Part shown: positions 12,755-24,200 of the stretch, piece after piece
Layout: every line of letters starts with the position of its first letter
Numbering within the stretch: position 1 is the first letter of the stretch
Source of the DNA: Tubulanus polymorphus
Taxonomy: Eukaryota; Animalia; Nemertea
DNA length: 64,000 nt
Assembly (NCBI RefSeq): GCF_964204645.1
Contig: NC_134029.1
Location: forward strand, 18,842,950-18,906,949
Direction of reading: 5' to 3'
The notes under the pieces: model-generated
Seen by the model: the letters and a program-made list of their open reading frames with translations, nothing else
Databases searched by the model: none
Told to the model about the DNA's origin: nothing
Program-made: the position numbers and the translations under genes

Positions 12755-15700
12755 GTAAGATATGATTATTGTTAGATACGTTAATCAATTTCAAAGAACA
12801 ATATCTTGCATGCAATAAAGGTGATCGGCAGCCATATAGGCCTATACATCCTTTTCTACAGGGTACAGTTTTTGAAGGGAGTTAAGATAATCTATCATTA
12901 ATCTGAGGGATTGGTAATCCTATCCTTGTTTTTAAATGTGCATTGCATCTTTGAAAATAGATTGTTTACCGCAGCGTTTTTTAAGTTGATTTCATCAAAA
13001 TCGTTTTGGAAGTTCAGGGGTTAGATTCTAAAAATTGTAGGTGCTCTACTAATTGAGCACCTAGATTTGGTTAGGTGCTCAACTGGAATTTTTTAATGTG
13101 CCGAAACGAGTGGATTGCGCGCCTCAAAATCCAACCCCTGAAGTTTCTTAACTGAATTTGCATTAAATATAGTTCTTCAATAATAATTCAATTTCACCTG
13201 GAAATCGCAAGATATTAAAAACTTGATCAGAGATTATGTAATGTTTAACAATACGGTAGAAAAGCCCATATACACTCAGACAATGAGTATGAATTACAAA
13301 TGCATAGAATAAAAATTAAACTGATTTAATCACAAATCAAAAGAAATCGTTTTCATCTATCCTGGCCGATGATCGCTGTGATATGCTTTAACCCTATGGT
13401 TAATCTAGTAATCCATGTAAATATTTATCATATGAGTACAAGTGAGGTATAAGACCAAATGGACCTTTATTGAAGTAGACTGCTCATTTTAACATATTAT
13501 ATGTATGGTTTAGAGGTTGAGAAACCTAAATTCTTCCTATTCTTTAGGGCGCAGTTTTTTGAAGTAGACTGTTTTTTTAAATCTTAAAGTAGGGATTGTC
13601 CCTGTTATTTATTTGGTTGGTAAATTTCGAGAGATTTTTTGATTCAGTGTCCCTTACAGACCCACCACACCTGCCGAGAGCGAAACATTGATTTTGAAAT
13701 CGGAAATCAAAGTGCAGATATAGTTGTGTGATCGGCGGCCGAGTTTACAGAATTTTTTGTTTAAATCGAAGTACATAATTGAGAAATTCAGTTCCGGTCC
13801 ATTCAAACAATCTTCCATCCAGTCTGAACTGGCAAGCGACTGATTCGGGTGAATTTCCCTGGCTGCCTAATTTGATACATCGAAATTTTGGAAATAGCTA
13901 TATTACAAGGTTGAAGATCATTTTGTCCATTTTTATATTTTTTTGGTCGTTTTCTACGTTTAAATAGTCTGATAGTTAATTGTAGTTTTTTTCTCGGGTA
14001 GATGTTTATGTATAAAGTCCTGTAAGTTGATCGTCCTGCGTGTTGACTAGATAGAAAGGAAGCACATTTCGAAACGCAAATTTTCCAGATGAGAGTATGG
14101 TTCTTGGGTATCCGAAGTGTAGTTTATGACATCAACGGTTCCGATGAGGATGGGTTTCTCCATCAAGGGGTGCGCAATCGGTACTTCACATCTGGTGCTG
14201 AGTTTGCCTAAAATTAAAAGTTTTTACATGGGGTGCAGTTTTGTGTTTCTAATATAGAGTGCATAGTTAGGTCCGTGGATGCGTCGCAATCAAATGGACA
14301 GTGCTATGCGCATTGATAGACCTTCAGTAAGAAAGCGGCACAGGCACGTGAATATTGAATATATATTTGTACACTTACGTATATACAGTCTTCATGGGGT
14401 TTTATTTACATTGTCACGATTAGTTTTTTGGTAGTTTTTAATGAGACTGATGTCAAGAGGCAACTTCCAACTTTCCATTGCGCGCAGATAGACTGAGCTT
14501 GCTATCCTGAAGCCAAAAAAACAGAGGCAGCTTTCTAGTTATCGCGGCAATGAGACTGAGTTTACAGTCAAAACATCAGAAACAGTAAACTAATGCGTAT
14601 GTGGTGATATAAAACAAAAGTGGTCAGACAGTTCTATGCGTATTGATAGACCGTCATCCCGGGTTCGATCTAAATCGGAACATACCTCAAGTGTCAAAGT
14701 CGGGGTATGTAGGTATAACTAATAAAAGAAAATGGCGTTTGGTTTAATTAATAGACTACGCTAATGCAGGTGTCGATTGTGGTTCTGTTTACTGCATTCA
14801 GTCTGCTAGCGTCCAGATGTATAAGTATATTGTTAAGACTCCAAATATGAAGGTTTTGTTGAAGTATGATTTCTTGGTTTAGGCGTTCTATTAGTGGGTT
14901 TTCATAATAAATTATAGTATTGATGCGGCCAGAGCCTTGTTCTAGATTGTAATGATTTTTATACAAAATGGATTGTGCGAGAAATAAAAGGTAGTCTGCG
15001 AGTGTGCGTTTGAAGAAATCTCTTTCCATTGAAGTAGACTGTTTTAACAGTGTATGGTATATAGCTTAAGAATCCTATTGATCATGGTGTTTTATTGCCT
15101 TGTTGGATTCTCATTCTGATATGGTTCCCGCCATACAGGTGGCAGTTTGTGAAGTTAGTAGAGCCTTTATATCTATTTGAAAGGCGTGTTATACAGCTAA
15201 TGAAACATCAAATTTTACCATATTCACTTTCAAGCTTGCGAATTGTTGGCCTTATCGGCTTCTCCCACTGTTCCCTTCATAGAGGTGTAGTGTCTCAAAG
15301 TAGAGCATTCTTTTGCGTAAGTGATGTCTGGTATGCCGATGTACCTATATCGATTTGGTGATTATTGCATTCAAGATGGCTGACTTGTGGTCATTTTTGG
15401 TGTTTTAAAAACGGACCACTTTCCCACCCTACAGGGTACAGTTTTAGCATCAAATCCTTCTGAATGGTGTATGGTACGAAAGTAGAAATCTCCATCAAGG
15501 TAAAGATTCTCACTGTGTCGCAAATGAATAATAAATCCAAATCATCATTCTTTGAAAATGGTTTTAGTGGAAAACCGAAAATTCGGATTTTGCAATAGAT
15601 TCTAACATTTCGATACTTTAATTTCTGATTGTGGGACTAGGATTCAATTCCTATCGATTCCAGTTGTATTCGCGTGCAAGATGGCTGCCTGGTGACCATA

Positions 15701-18700
15701 TTGTATTCTCAAGATATATCATGCCTGTCCTATATAATGTAGCTTCTGTATACATAGCCTTCATATTTATATGCATCAAGTATAGCATGAAGATAAGAAG
15801 GCTTATTGATGTCAAAATGGCTCGCTGGGAACCATATTGAAATAGACAAATCCTGTTTTGTAGGGTGCAGTTTCTGAAGCATAGCCCTCTCCATTTGTGT
15901 AGCTATAGTTTTAGATTAAATCCTAATAACATGCTAACATATACTGGTAATATCAAACATAGGTGTAAATCCTAGCGACGTAAATCTGAAACAGAGAGAC
16001 ATTTCTGGCTTGTTTCATGCGTTGCTATGAAACAACACGGTTTGTCTACACTGTGAATGGCTCACATATCTGGCCGTCTCCTGCTGAACAGTTGCTGATA
16101 TCTGTTGCTTACTCATCTCTATCTAGTATCAAGTTTTTGAACGCCCCAAACGAGAGTTGCGTTGATGATTTTTCGATCTATTTACAGGTGATATCGGAAG
16201 AACAGTGCCCTCTCGCGACAGGAAAGCGTAAACGACACGAAGGGATCTACGTGAAATTTGAAAATGAGGATTTCTTGTACGTAGATTTATCGTAATCCGT
16301 GAAGTTAATATCAAATATTCTAGGTTCAGCCTATTTAAGTTGATACGATACACGTTTGTGGTTCTGTTTTTAGCGAAATGGTATATGATGTGAAAAATAT
16401 CGACAGATTCAACAGCTCTCTCAAAGACGAATATATCAAGAAGACTACAGGTAGCACTTAGATTCTAATCTGTTCTGTGGGTTGGTTGAGGCATTTAAAC
16501 AACAAATCAAGAATGTAGAATCCAAGCCTAATAACAATTACGGTTGCGGGCACAGTTTCACAAAGAATTTTACCTCTTAAGAACGATTTAATCTTAAATA
16601 CATCAGTATAGGAATTGAATTAATTCAAGAGAGTTAAAAATCTTTGTGTGACACTCTATCCTGTAGGTTGTTCTATTTTTCCCCAAGGTGCCATCATTTC
16701 TTAAGAAAATAATGCTCGTGTTTTACATGTCTACGGATTAAGGATTTATCTCTAGTTCCTTACTGCATTGCTAATGACGACCTTTTGATTTTGAATTAAC
16801 TCAATGATTATATCAGAATTATCCCTTTCAGCATGTCTACACTGCAGTGCGGTGTATAAAACAGTGATGAACTTTGCTAGTACACCGCATAGCGGTGTAT
16901 TGATGTTATTAGTAATTAGTTTCTATCTCTATTGAAAGATGGCAGCACCTGTCAAACAAAGTGAAATATTAGTAACTAGTTAACACCGCACCGTGGTGTA
17001 TCATTAGAGAGGCACTGTAGGGGTGTGCCCATTATTCAACACACTGGGGTAGAATTTTTAAAACTTTCAAATTATCTCCTGCACTTTACAGTAAGGATTA
17101 GTCAGCTGAACGGGTTGATTTTACTTTGCTTCGCGGAACTAGACCGAGAATTTGACACAGGTGAAGGATCACTCAGCCACTGGGTCTTATGAATCGTTCT
17201 CATCATTCGTCATTTCTGTTCCAGAATATCTCGAGTCAAGGCGACAGGATTTGAAATTGTTACACTTCCGCTGCGCGTTAAGAAGTCTCAGTTTACTGGA
17301 GTCATCATCTGGTTCGACTTGTCATTTACTCCAGACGACCGTGTCAGGTAGCGGCAAAACGTCGGCAGAAATGAGTGTCGAGTCGCCGTCGATTACGACA
17401 TTGTCGCAAAAACGAAAACGCCGAAAATCGACGCCGAGAAAATTACGCCCGCGACGATCGTCCACAAACGCATCATTACCAAACATTTCGGAAGATAATA
17501 ACATAAGTAGCGAAAATAACATGCAAACGAATTCGGATGATTCTCGGCCTAACCATACGAACAATCCAGACGAACGTGTAAAATCTGTTTCGAATATTTG
17601 TTGTTCTGCAGATGTTCAAGCAGAAAAGCCATCTGATATAAACTTTGTCGATGCATCTATAGATTCTGTTTCGAATGTTTGCCGTCCCGCTGATATTCAA
17701 GCGGAAAAATCTGTTGATGTAAACTTTGTCGGTGGACATGTAAATACTCCTTCAAATATTTGTCGATCTGCTGATGTTCAAGCAGAAAAGTCGTCTGATG
17801 TAAACTTTGTCCATGCATGTGTAAATTCTGTTTCGAATTTTTCTCGTTCTGCCGATATTCGAGTGGAAAAGTCTGTTGATGTAAACGCCTTTGAAAATGT
17901 GAAACGAACTGGTGTATCAGATTTGAATTTTCATTCGAATGAGCAACGAAACAACGTTTGTGTTCACGGTCATAGACAAAATCAACCCTCGATTGCTGAT
18001 TCAGATTTTGAATCGAATGAACAACCGAAGAACATTTGCGCGATGAACGAACGAAACGAACCTTCAGCTTCTTGTCAACCAAAAAACAGCGATTTCGTTC
18101 GGAGCAATGTACGAGATGAGGAAACGGCGGCTGCTACGAATGTGAAAATCGACCATTCGTCCGGGGCATATGTAACGCCGAGTCTCGGACGAGGAAAAGG
18201 ACAAGCATGTGCGAAAAAAAGCAAAGCGAAACCTGTTCTGAAACGAAAACTGCCGGTCATATCACCGCCTGACGAGAGATTGTCGTCGTTTTTTGCTATT
18301 AAACCAACAGTCGGAAAAAGTGACGGCGAGACTAGTGGCAGTGCGTTCAAAACACCGGAAAAATAGTATGTACACCGTCCTGAAGGATTTAGTTTTTTAT
18401 GTTGATTTACTTTCCTTTTAATTTTGAATTTCCTCCAAAAAGAGATAATGACACTGCACTAGTGCACATTATCTATGCTAAGTGAAGATGGTGCACAATT
18501 AGTACGTCAGTAGTTGTGAAAAAAAAATATTTAAAGATACTGATAATAGACTTTAATTCTCCATTTTAAAGCATCTTCTGGTTTGAAAATTTGGGACTAA
18601 TGGAAAAGTTTTGAAAATACATCTACTGATTAACTTGGACATGTGTTTGGCAAAACTTATTTTGAGGGTTAAATGTAACATGCACCTGCTCTGCTGTACT

Positions 18701-21700
18701 AGGCCCTTGGTGCACAAAGAAATTCACAAGTTAAAATCCCATATCTCTGGTTGAGTTGCCACTACTTACTTCATGTTTTCAATAACCATAACAATAAACT
18801 ATTCCATATTTACAGCTCAAATAATACAAATTCTGAATTGAAGTTAAATGATGATGATGATAATGTTGACAAGGATAACGGAGAGGATGAGAGTGATGAT
18901 GATGATTTACCAATGTTTTCACCGTGTACTGTTAATGGTAAGTTGATCTGTGACTGGTGATCATCAGATCTTTAAAGTTTTACCTGCAGGCTCACTCAAT
19001 TCATACTCATATTCAGTTAACCCCCAGGTTAAAGTTGATACTTGGTTCATGTTAATACTGCTCTATAAAACCAGCCCCTTGTATGTTATACAGGACCCTC
19101 TTTCATTACGGCAGGTTTTGATCAAACTTATCCCACTTTAGGAATACCAATTCCCGATTACCAACTTTCCACCAGTCTCCTATCAGGTTTACAGATTATG
19201 CTATTGCGGAATAGGTACAGCTTATTCTGGCTGAAATGAACTGCGCCAGAAAACCAGCCCCTTGTATGTTATACAGGGTCCTCTTTCATTACGACAGGTT
19301 TTGATTGAACTTATCCCAGTTTAGGAATACCAATTCCCGATTACCAACTTTCCGGTTTCCTATCAGGTTTACAGATTATGCTATTGCGGAATAGGTACAG
19401 CTTATTCTGGCTGAAATGAACTGCGCCAGAAAAGAATTGCGTTATTGATAGAAACGAATCGAAACCTGCCTTGAGGGTGTCTGGAATTGGACCAAATCCT
19501 TTTGATTTTGGTTCTCGGTATGCTGTCGCTTTGGGTTGATGATGACGCTTTTTTGACATGTCTATTACAGAGCCACAGTTCTCAAAAGGAGAAGTCGTCT
19601 GGGTAAATTTCAGAAACACATTTCACTGGCCGGCATTGATCAAGAACTGCTACGCGAAAAAACGGAAATTCGTTGTGTTATTCTTATCCGATTATGTCGA
19701 ACACAGTTCTCGAACTGGGTATGTTCCAAATTGAACAATTAGTCTGGGCCAGTTGCTCAAAGGTTGGTTACAGTTAGCTATTAGATAGTTGACATTGTGA
19801 CATTGGAAGTTCATTCTTACAATGGCATTTATCCGCCAGTTTTTTTTAACCAACCTTTGAGCAACTGGCCCCAGGTATCGAGAAAAAAGATGAAGAATGA
19901 AATATTCCGTAAAAGCTGCAATGTATTTAAGAAAACCATGTCCAGGGTAGGGTTTAGGTGAACGGATTTCGGTATTTTCATCAAAGGCTGTGGGTGGGTA
20001 CGAGGGACTTTCCCTTGCAAAAACTCCTTTTCACTTTGTCGAAATTTTTAATACTCTCTCGATGAATCATTTCACTCAGTTCTCTTATTTATTTAATGAG
20101 TCCCCTATGGCAAGTTTTTTTCTTAGTCAAAATACCGAATTTGCTTACTTCAGAGATATTGTTTCTCTTTTCAAAGACTGTCCATAACATATGATCCAAA
20201 AAAGAAGAATATTTTACCTTATAACGACGAGCGGAAAAAAGAGATTATCGTGAGTATCTTTCATATCCTTTGTTAGTTAGTTCAATTTGTAAAACGTTAT
20301 CATTCGGAATGTTCATGTTTCAGGAGGTCGGCACCAATTCCGATAGACAAAGGGATTTTGCGACTGCGTGGCAAGCTGCTGACGATTATTTCACCAAAAA
20401 AGCCCTCGGTCATGTGAACGTGTCGTCTTTTGAATATTTTGCGGAGCTAGGTATGATCGTGAATCGAAATGATTTGTCAAATGAAATTTAAGAATGCAAC
20501 AAATCTTCTGTTTCTTTATAATGATCAGTCTAGAGTCTATGAATGACTGCATTGCGATATTTATGGAATTTTGTTCTATCTGGCAGATTTGATTCCTGTT
20601 GCTAACAAGTTGAGCGTTAGCAACGATCAGTTGCTCGACTTAAACGATGATCTGTTGTCTGATGATCCACAGTCGTCACGAGTTGACGGCGACGAAAATG
20701 AAGAAGGTGTGAAACCTTTAGAATGCGTAGATTTCAATGAGAATACTGCCGGCAATTTACCCCAACGCATCCAGAAGACATTGGACTTACAGTAAGTATA
20801 ATAGAAATACGATTGGCATAAAATTTTGATTTCATATAATTGTCTACCGGCACCATTGCTGTGGAAATCGAGGATTCTGCATATGGCAGAGGCGAGGATC
20901 CGCTAGGTGTTGCTAGTGTCAATAGGCCTGATGATAGCTAGTAGTATTTAGAAAAAAGGTTGCTCGAAATATATATTATTTTACGTACCATAGAATTTTT
21001 CATATCCTGGCTGAATCTATTGTGGGATTTCTCTCATTATTTATCTTACACAGATATTGTGTATCTTCTCGAATCATCAAGAAGTTGACGGATGAAAAGA
21101 GCTCAAAAAGAGCCATCACTAATGGATGTTCAGACATCTGTTTCAGTGCATCTACACCGCAGTGCGGTGTATTAATCAGTGATGAACTATGCTAGTACAC
21201 CTAGTACATCGCAGTGAATCTATGTATTGATTAGATATTATACTTATTGAAAGATGGTCGCAATTGTCAAACATGTTGAAATATTAGTAACCAACCATAC
21301 ACAGCATTGAACGATGCACTGGGCTGGAATTTTTCAAAATTTTCAAATTATCCCTAGCACCATAGGGTAAGAATAAGTCAGAACTAACAGGGTTAAAGGG
21401 CATGACTGAAGGCGGGTGTAGGTCGGCCTTGCGACGGCTTGCGATTCACTGCGATGCGACTCACTGCGACTGCCAGCGACGATCGCCTCGCAACGACTCA
21501 CCGACCTACGCTACCTTGCGACTGCCAGCGACGCCAGTCGCAATGAGTCGCACATGTTCTACTTTCTGCGACACGACGCGACCGTCGCAACCGACCTGCG
21601 TGCTGTTGCGACTGGCAGCAACTAGTCGCACACAGTCGCTGACAACCGCATCGCAACCGACTTGCGTAGCCACTTGAGACGCAATGCGACAATCGTGTCG

Positions 21701-22864
21701 CAAGGCCGACCTACGCCCGCCTTTAGAGATGATGTTTTCGAAGCTTTTCAATTGATTGCATGTCTTCCTTTCGTAGATACGAAAAACGAAAGAAACGTAA
21801 CCAAGACCTGGTGACGTTTATACAGACCGATCCCGCGGTGAAAAAGCATCTATTCGAAATATACAACGGGACATTCAAATCGGAGATACACGAAAGATAC
21901 CAGAAAGATCCTGGCTCGGTAAAATACGAAGGTTCTGGCCCAATCGACGATGAAGACCAAGTAATTACAGTGCATGTCAAATAGTTTGAGTCTCTGAAAA
22001 TGGGTATTTGGATAAATCAGTAAAAGGATTTATTTTCATTTTAGTTGGAGGCTCTTTCTCTGACACTTGGAAAATGGCATCAGGAACTTCTGAGCTCCAA
22101 GGAAGACAAACCAGCGATTCCGCAGGCGGGATATGTGTTATCCGTCTGGCTGCCTGAGGTAACTTTAATCTAATGAAAGGAGTAGATGAAGTGATAATAT
22201 TATAAGGGCCTATTGTCATAAAAAAAATGTGGCCAGTGTAGTAGATGTGAAGGCACCCATGACTGATGCTTAAGGTCTGCAATTTGACATCTGAAAATTC
22301 AAAACTCTCAGTGAGTGATTTTCATTGATGGGCGTGATTTATGTTGGCTCTATTTATAAAGGAAGAACATCTTTCCTTGAGCTAATAGTTTATTCAAATG
22401 CTGAGCTAAGTTACACTGGGATGCCTAGGCCAGGCTGTCCCACAATATCAAGAAGAACAAAATTTCTTTTTTCCCCTTTATGGGTTTTACATCAACTGAA
22501 GATAGCTAATTAGTCTAATACAGTCTCGCCAAGATAATTGTTATATTACAAAAACGCAAATAATTTAGAATTAATCTCTTAAACCTACTGTCATTCATCA
22601 TTGATATTTGAAAGCTTAGATTGAAGTGGTGTTGGTTCTTTTCGAATTTTCTAGGCGATCGTTTATGGGATGCGAAGGAAGCGTCGATGCTCGACGAAAA
22701 AAGCGTGGGAAATATTTCGAAACGGAGTACGAATGACGAACGCATCGTCTGCTGCCGTACACAAACAGATGACCGAGTCGGTTGACGAAAACGATATGAA
22801 TCTTTACAAAGAAAAATTTGAATTCAAAATCAAAATGAAATTGCTCTCGAATTCCATGCTGTAG
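12689..22864 (+). CDS. PWWP3A: PWWP domain-containing DNA repair factor 3A (MUM1/EXPAND1)-like gene, 12 coding exons
   Basis: Exons 12689-12754, 16188-16276, 16374-16450, 17225-18365, 18816-18937, 19571-19718, 20177-20249, 20324-20450, 20587-20791, 21777-21960, 22045-22158, 22655-22864 are all GT-AG and phase-consistent. PWWP motif FSKGEVVWVNFRNTFHWPALIK, followed by blocks resembling the vertebrate MUM1 C-terminus (DDYFTKKALG..SFEYFA; RNQDLVTFI..VKKHLFEI..IDDEDQL; YVLSVWLPEAIVY). Homology recognised from memory, not searched. Confidence 0.85.
13015..13140. mobile_element. Short MITE with CAGGGG termini and 5-bp TSD
   Basis: aagtt|CAGGGGTTAGATT ... AATCCAACCCCTG|aagtt. Confidence 0.78.
16188..16276 (+). 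CDS. PWWP3A: PWWP3A-like exon 2 (VISEEQCPLATGKRKRHEGIYVKFENEDF)
   Basis: tttacag| ... TT|gtacgt; phase 0 to 2; YVKF strand typical of the PWWP barrel. Confidence 0.8.
16374..16450 (+). CDS. PWWP3A: PWWP3A-like exon 3 (EMVYDVKNIDRFNSSLKDEYIKKTT)
   Basis: tttttag| ... CAG|gtagca; phase 2 to 1, stop-free. Confidence 0.8.
16823..17114. mobile_element. piggyBac-like MITE family C copy
   Basis: ccctttcag ... ctgaacggg; shares gaaagatggcagcacctgtcaaaca with the 62709 copy. Confidence 0.8.
17225..18365 (+). CDS. PWWP3A: PWWP3A-like exon 4, large disordered region with NLS-like KRKRRK and 27-aa repeats
   Basis: Lies within ORF 17152..18366; acceptor ttccag|, donor TA|gtatgt; phase 1 to 2. Confidence 0.85.
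17578..17886 (+). repeat. Coding tandem repeat, 81-bp (27-aa) unit, ~4 copies
   Basis: Units start at 17584, 17665, 17746 and 17827; consensus SVSNICRSADVQAEKSxDVNFV. Confidence 0.9.
18816..18937 (+). CDS. PWWP3A: PWWP3A-like exon 5, acidic linker
   Basis: ttacag| ... G|gtaagt; SNNTNSELKLNDDDD...DDDDLPMFSPCTVN; phase 2 to 1. Confidence 0.8.
19067..19433. repeat. Near-identical intronic tandem duplication, ~183-bp unit x2
   Basis: aaaaccagccccttgtatgttatacagg...gaactgcgccagaaaa occurs at 19067 and at 19250. Confidence 0.92.
19571..19718 (+). CDS. PWWP3A: PWWP3A-like exon 6, canonical PWWP domain core
   Basis: EPQFSKGEVVWVNFRNTFHWPALIKNCYAKKRKFVVLFL; ttacag| ... GG|gtatgt. Confidence 0.88.
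19746..19872. mobile_element. MITE family D copy
   Basis: gggccagttgctcaaaggttggtta ... taaccaacctttgagcaactggcccc. Confidence 0.85.
20177..20249 (+). CDS. PWWP3A: PWWP3A-like exon 7 (LSITYDPKKKNILPYNDERKKEII)
   Basis: ttctcttttcaaag| ... ATC|gtgagt; phase 2 to 0. Confidence 0.78.
20324..20450 (+). CDS. PWWP3A: PWWP3A-like exon 8
   Basis: tttcag| EVGTNSDRQRDFATAWQAADDYFTKKALGHVNVSSFEYFAEL G|gtatga. Confidence 0.85.
20587..20791 (+). CDS. PWWP3A: PWWP3A-like exon 9
   Basis: ggcag| DLIPVANK...QKTLDL CA|gtaagt; phase 1 to 2. Confidence 0.8.
21138..21392. mobile_element. piggyBac-like MITE family C copy
   Basis: ttcagtgcatctacaccgcagtgcggtgt ... caggg|ttaa. Confidence 0.75.
21410..21722. mobile_element. 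Palindromic Harbinger-like MITE with TGCGAC/GTCGCA internal repeats
   Basis: TIRs AGGCGGGTGTAGGTCGGCCTTGCGAC / GTCGCAAGGCCGACCTACGCCCGCCT; flanks tga / tta. Confidence 0.85.
21777..21960 (+). CDS. PWWP3A: PWWP3A-like exon 10, MUM1-type C-terminal helical domain
   Basis: tttcgtag| YEKRKKRNQDLVTFIQTDPAVKKHLFEIY...PIDDEDQ |gtaatt. Confidence 0.85.
22045..22158 (+). CDS. PWWP3A: PWWP3A-like exon 11
   Basis: attttag| LEALSLTLGKWHQELL...GYVLSVWLPE |gtaact; 114 nt, phase 0 to 0. Confidence 0.82.
22655..22864 (+). CDS. PWWP3A: PWWP3A-like terminal coding exon 12
   Basis: ttttctag| AIVYGMRRKRRCSTKKAWEIFRNG...LSNSML*; stop at 22862-22864. Confidence 0.82.
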   Translation, partial: AIVYGMRRKRRCSTKKAWEIFRNGVRMTNASSAAVHKQMTESVDENDMNLYKEKFEFKIKMKLLSNSML

Positions 22865-24045
22865 TATATGTAGGAACAAAAATCGGGCGTATAGCTATTG
22901 TCACGACAAAGGCCCTAACTCTTTAATCGATTTGATATCTCTGTCAATTTTCAGTTTATCTTAAAACGATTTCAGAGTTATTCTTTATTGTGAAACTAGA
23001 ACAAGAAGTTCCCAAGATTCAGTTCTACAGTTTCGTTCGTTAAGTACAATTACAGTCATGTCTCAATACAATGCCCTCTAATTCACCCGCCAATCTCGCC
23101 CACCACCAGGATCTTGCCAAAAAATGAAATTTCCTGTCTAAAAGGCATAAGAGATTCTAAATTCATAGCATACTGTCACCTCAGTACTTTGTTCTTGTAC
23201 AATTGGTGCAAATGTATAGAGATTTGTCGTGATTTGACACCATTGGTAATGTCAACATATCGTTTATTCATATGTTTCTGTGTTTATTGAACTCTACTAC
23301 TTTATATATTGGTTTTCACTTATTGGAAATTCGTTGATATTTTTGTACACTTCTTTCAACTCATAGATGAATAAGAGCTTGGGCAGCAAAATACTTGGAA
23401 AATTGTATCTTTTGCCCAAAATGAAATAGCCTGATAATACTACTGTATGTACGATAAAGGATTGTAGTGCTGGGTAACAAAATTTTGTAAATGAAATAAC
23501 TGAATTACCATCTAGTCGTCAAGTTAAGATAAGATAACCATCTTGTGGTATTACAAGAAATGAGAAAGCTGATCTACAACTGGTTTCGCCATTAACAAAA
23601 CATTGATAATACATGTTGTCATTAGATATTTATTACGCAATGCAAGGTCAATTAAGATTGAGCGACAGGTTAAAATTATGATGGAATATTGTCACCGGTA
23701 ATATATGTACCAGCTAGCGACATATTCATTGGATGATAAACGCATGTTATGTACAGTATTTAATGAAATGATCTCTTGTGATAGTATAGATCTACTCGCG
23801 TATAGGCAGAATATCGCGATAAAATTATATGAAGAAAACAATTTATCTGCGGTTAACGTAATTGAGAACTGCTGTGAACTGTGAAAAAATAAGGTTGATT
23901 GTAGGTTTATAGTTTGTTTGCTCACTCGTAGCGGAAGCATTTAGAATTTAGATAGCATTTAGTGTCATACTTAAGTTTATTTCGTAAATATCCTTTTAAC
24001 ATCATTGATTATTACGATGATATGGTAACCGTTTATGACCGTTCA

Positions 24046-24200
24046 AGTCCAACGCGCACCAGGCAGGGAAACATTGAAATAGGAGACAGGAGCATGTTTC
24101 CGCACGTTTCCCTGTGTCGTGTGCCTCAGCGAGAAACGTGATTTTTGGAAACCATTTTTCTGAGGTCAAACGTGTTTTCCTGTGTCGTGTGCGTTGGGCT
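24046..24200. mobile_element. MITE family B copy in the putative 3'UTR of the PWWP3A-like gene
   Basis: agtccaacgcgcac ... gtcgtgtgcgttgggct termini, same internal motifs as 39052. Confidence 0.75.

Noticed and set aside
21054-21170. Possible extra PWWP3A exon after acceptor ttacacag
   Set aside because: It runs into a piggyBac-like MITE without a good donor, and exons 9 and 10 already join in phase.
21410-21722. CRISPR-like array suggested by regularly recurring TGCGAC motifs
   Set aside because: Eukaryotic context, motifs only 6 bp and irregularly spaced, enclosed by TIRs; it is a MITE.
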